DNA of 64,000 nt from Rhodosorus marinus CCMP1338 (taxonomy: Eukaryota > Plantae > Rhodophyta): the NCBI GenBank assembly GCA_029953675.1, contig JAMWBK010000013.1, positions 620,001-684,000 on the forward strand, read 5' to 3'. Positions 63,718 through 64,000 of the stretch are shown here, piece after piece; within the stretch, counting starts at the first letter, position 1, and the number at the start of each line of letters is the position of its first letter. The notes under the pieces were generated by a model that searched no databases, had not been told where the DNA came from, and worked only from the letters and a program-made list of their open reading frames with translations. A program made the translations under genes and the position numbers.

Positions 63718-63948
63718 CTACAAATTTTTTCCATAGAAGAAAGAAGCAGGTAACTTGTTTGCCCAACCAGATTTCTTAGGTTGAGTTTTGCAGATAGGAA
63801 TGGTGCCGTTGGAGCAATCGATTGCACCAACAACTGCCGAATACGTAATCTGGGAGAGTGTCAGCGTGCTTGGTGGCACTCCTGAGTGAACGCAACCTAG
63901 TTGCAACGGGGAAAGCGCTCTGCGCAATCTCCGTATTAGAATGAGCAA
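63718..63948 (-). mobile_element. Possible degenerate PIF/Harbinger transposase fragment
   Basis: VVGAIDCSNGTIPI resembles the Harbinger/HARBI1 first-Asp motif (GAIDCTHIPI). The downstream motifs are not recognisable and the window ends nearby. Confidence 0.25.
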
Positions 63949-64000
63949 CCTGGCGAATGTCGGCGATCATCATGGGGTTGCAATGGAGGAGGCGGAATCG

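Overview
This is gene-dense eukaryotic nuclear DNA (about 50% GC coding, AT-rich intergenic tracts, GT-AG introns of about 40-150 nt). It is most likely from an alga with a primary red plastid. This is inferred from M(V/E)xGFV...M-type plastid transit peptides with no ER signal peptide, plus FAP and CYP38 genes. Recognisable genes in order: bacterial-type GAPN (+), fatty acid photodecarboxylase FAP (-), thylakoid cyclophilin CYP38 (-), a bromodomain/ET (GTE/BET-like) protein (-), a copine-like tandem-C2 protein (+), RPL21 (+), an adenylate kinase (-), a BAR-like protein (-), prohibitin-2 (-), mitochondrial uL1 (+), a CLC with CBS domains (-), ABC-F (+), RPB8 (+), a degenerate PTC7/PBCP-like PP2C (-), bZIP (+) and an intron-containing, catalytically dead KRBA2-like integrase (-). 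The best candidate for something undescribed is the adenylate kinase at 27549-28550. It appears circularly permuted: the P-loop segment, normally N-terminal, is at the C-terminus, and the catalytic residues are retained. Next come the FAP with an altered substrate-tunnel segment, the domesticated integrase whose 3' end holds three tandem 81-bp intron+micro-exon units, and several structured intergenic repeats. All gene models and alignments were done by eye; no database search was run.
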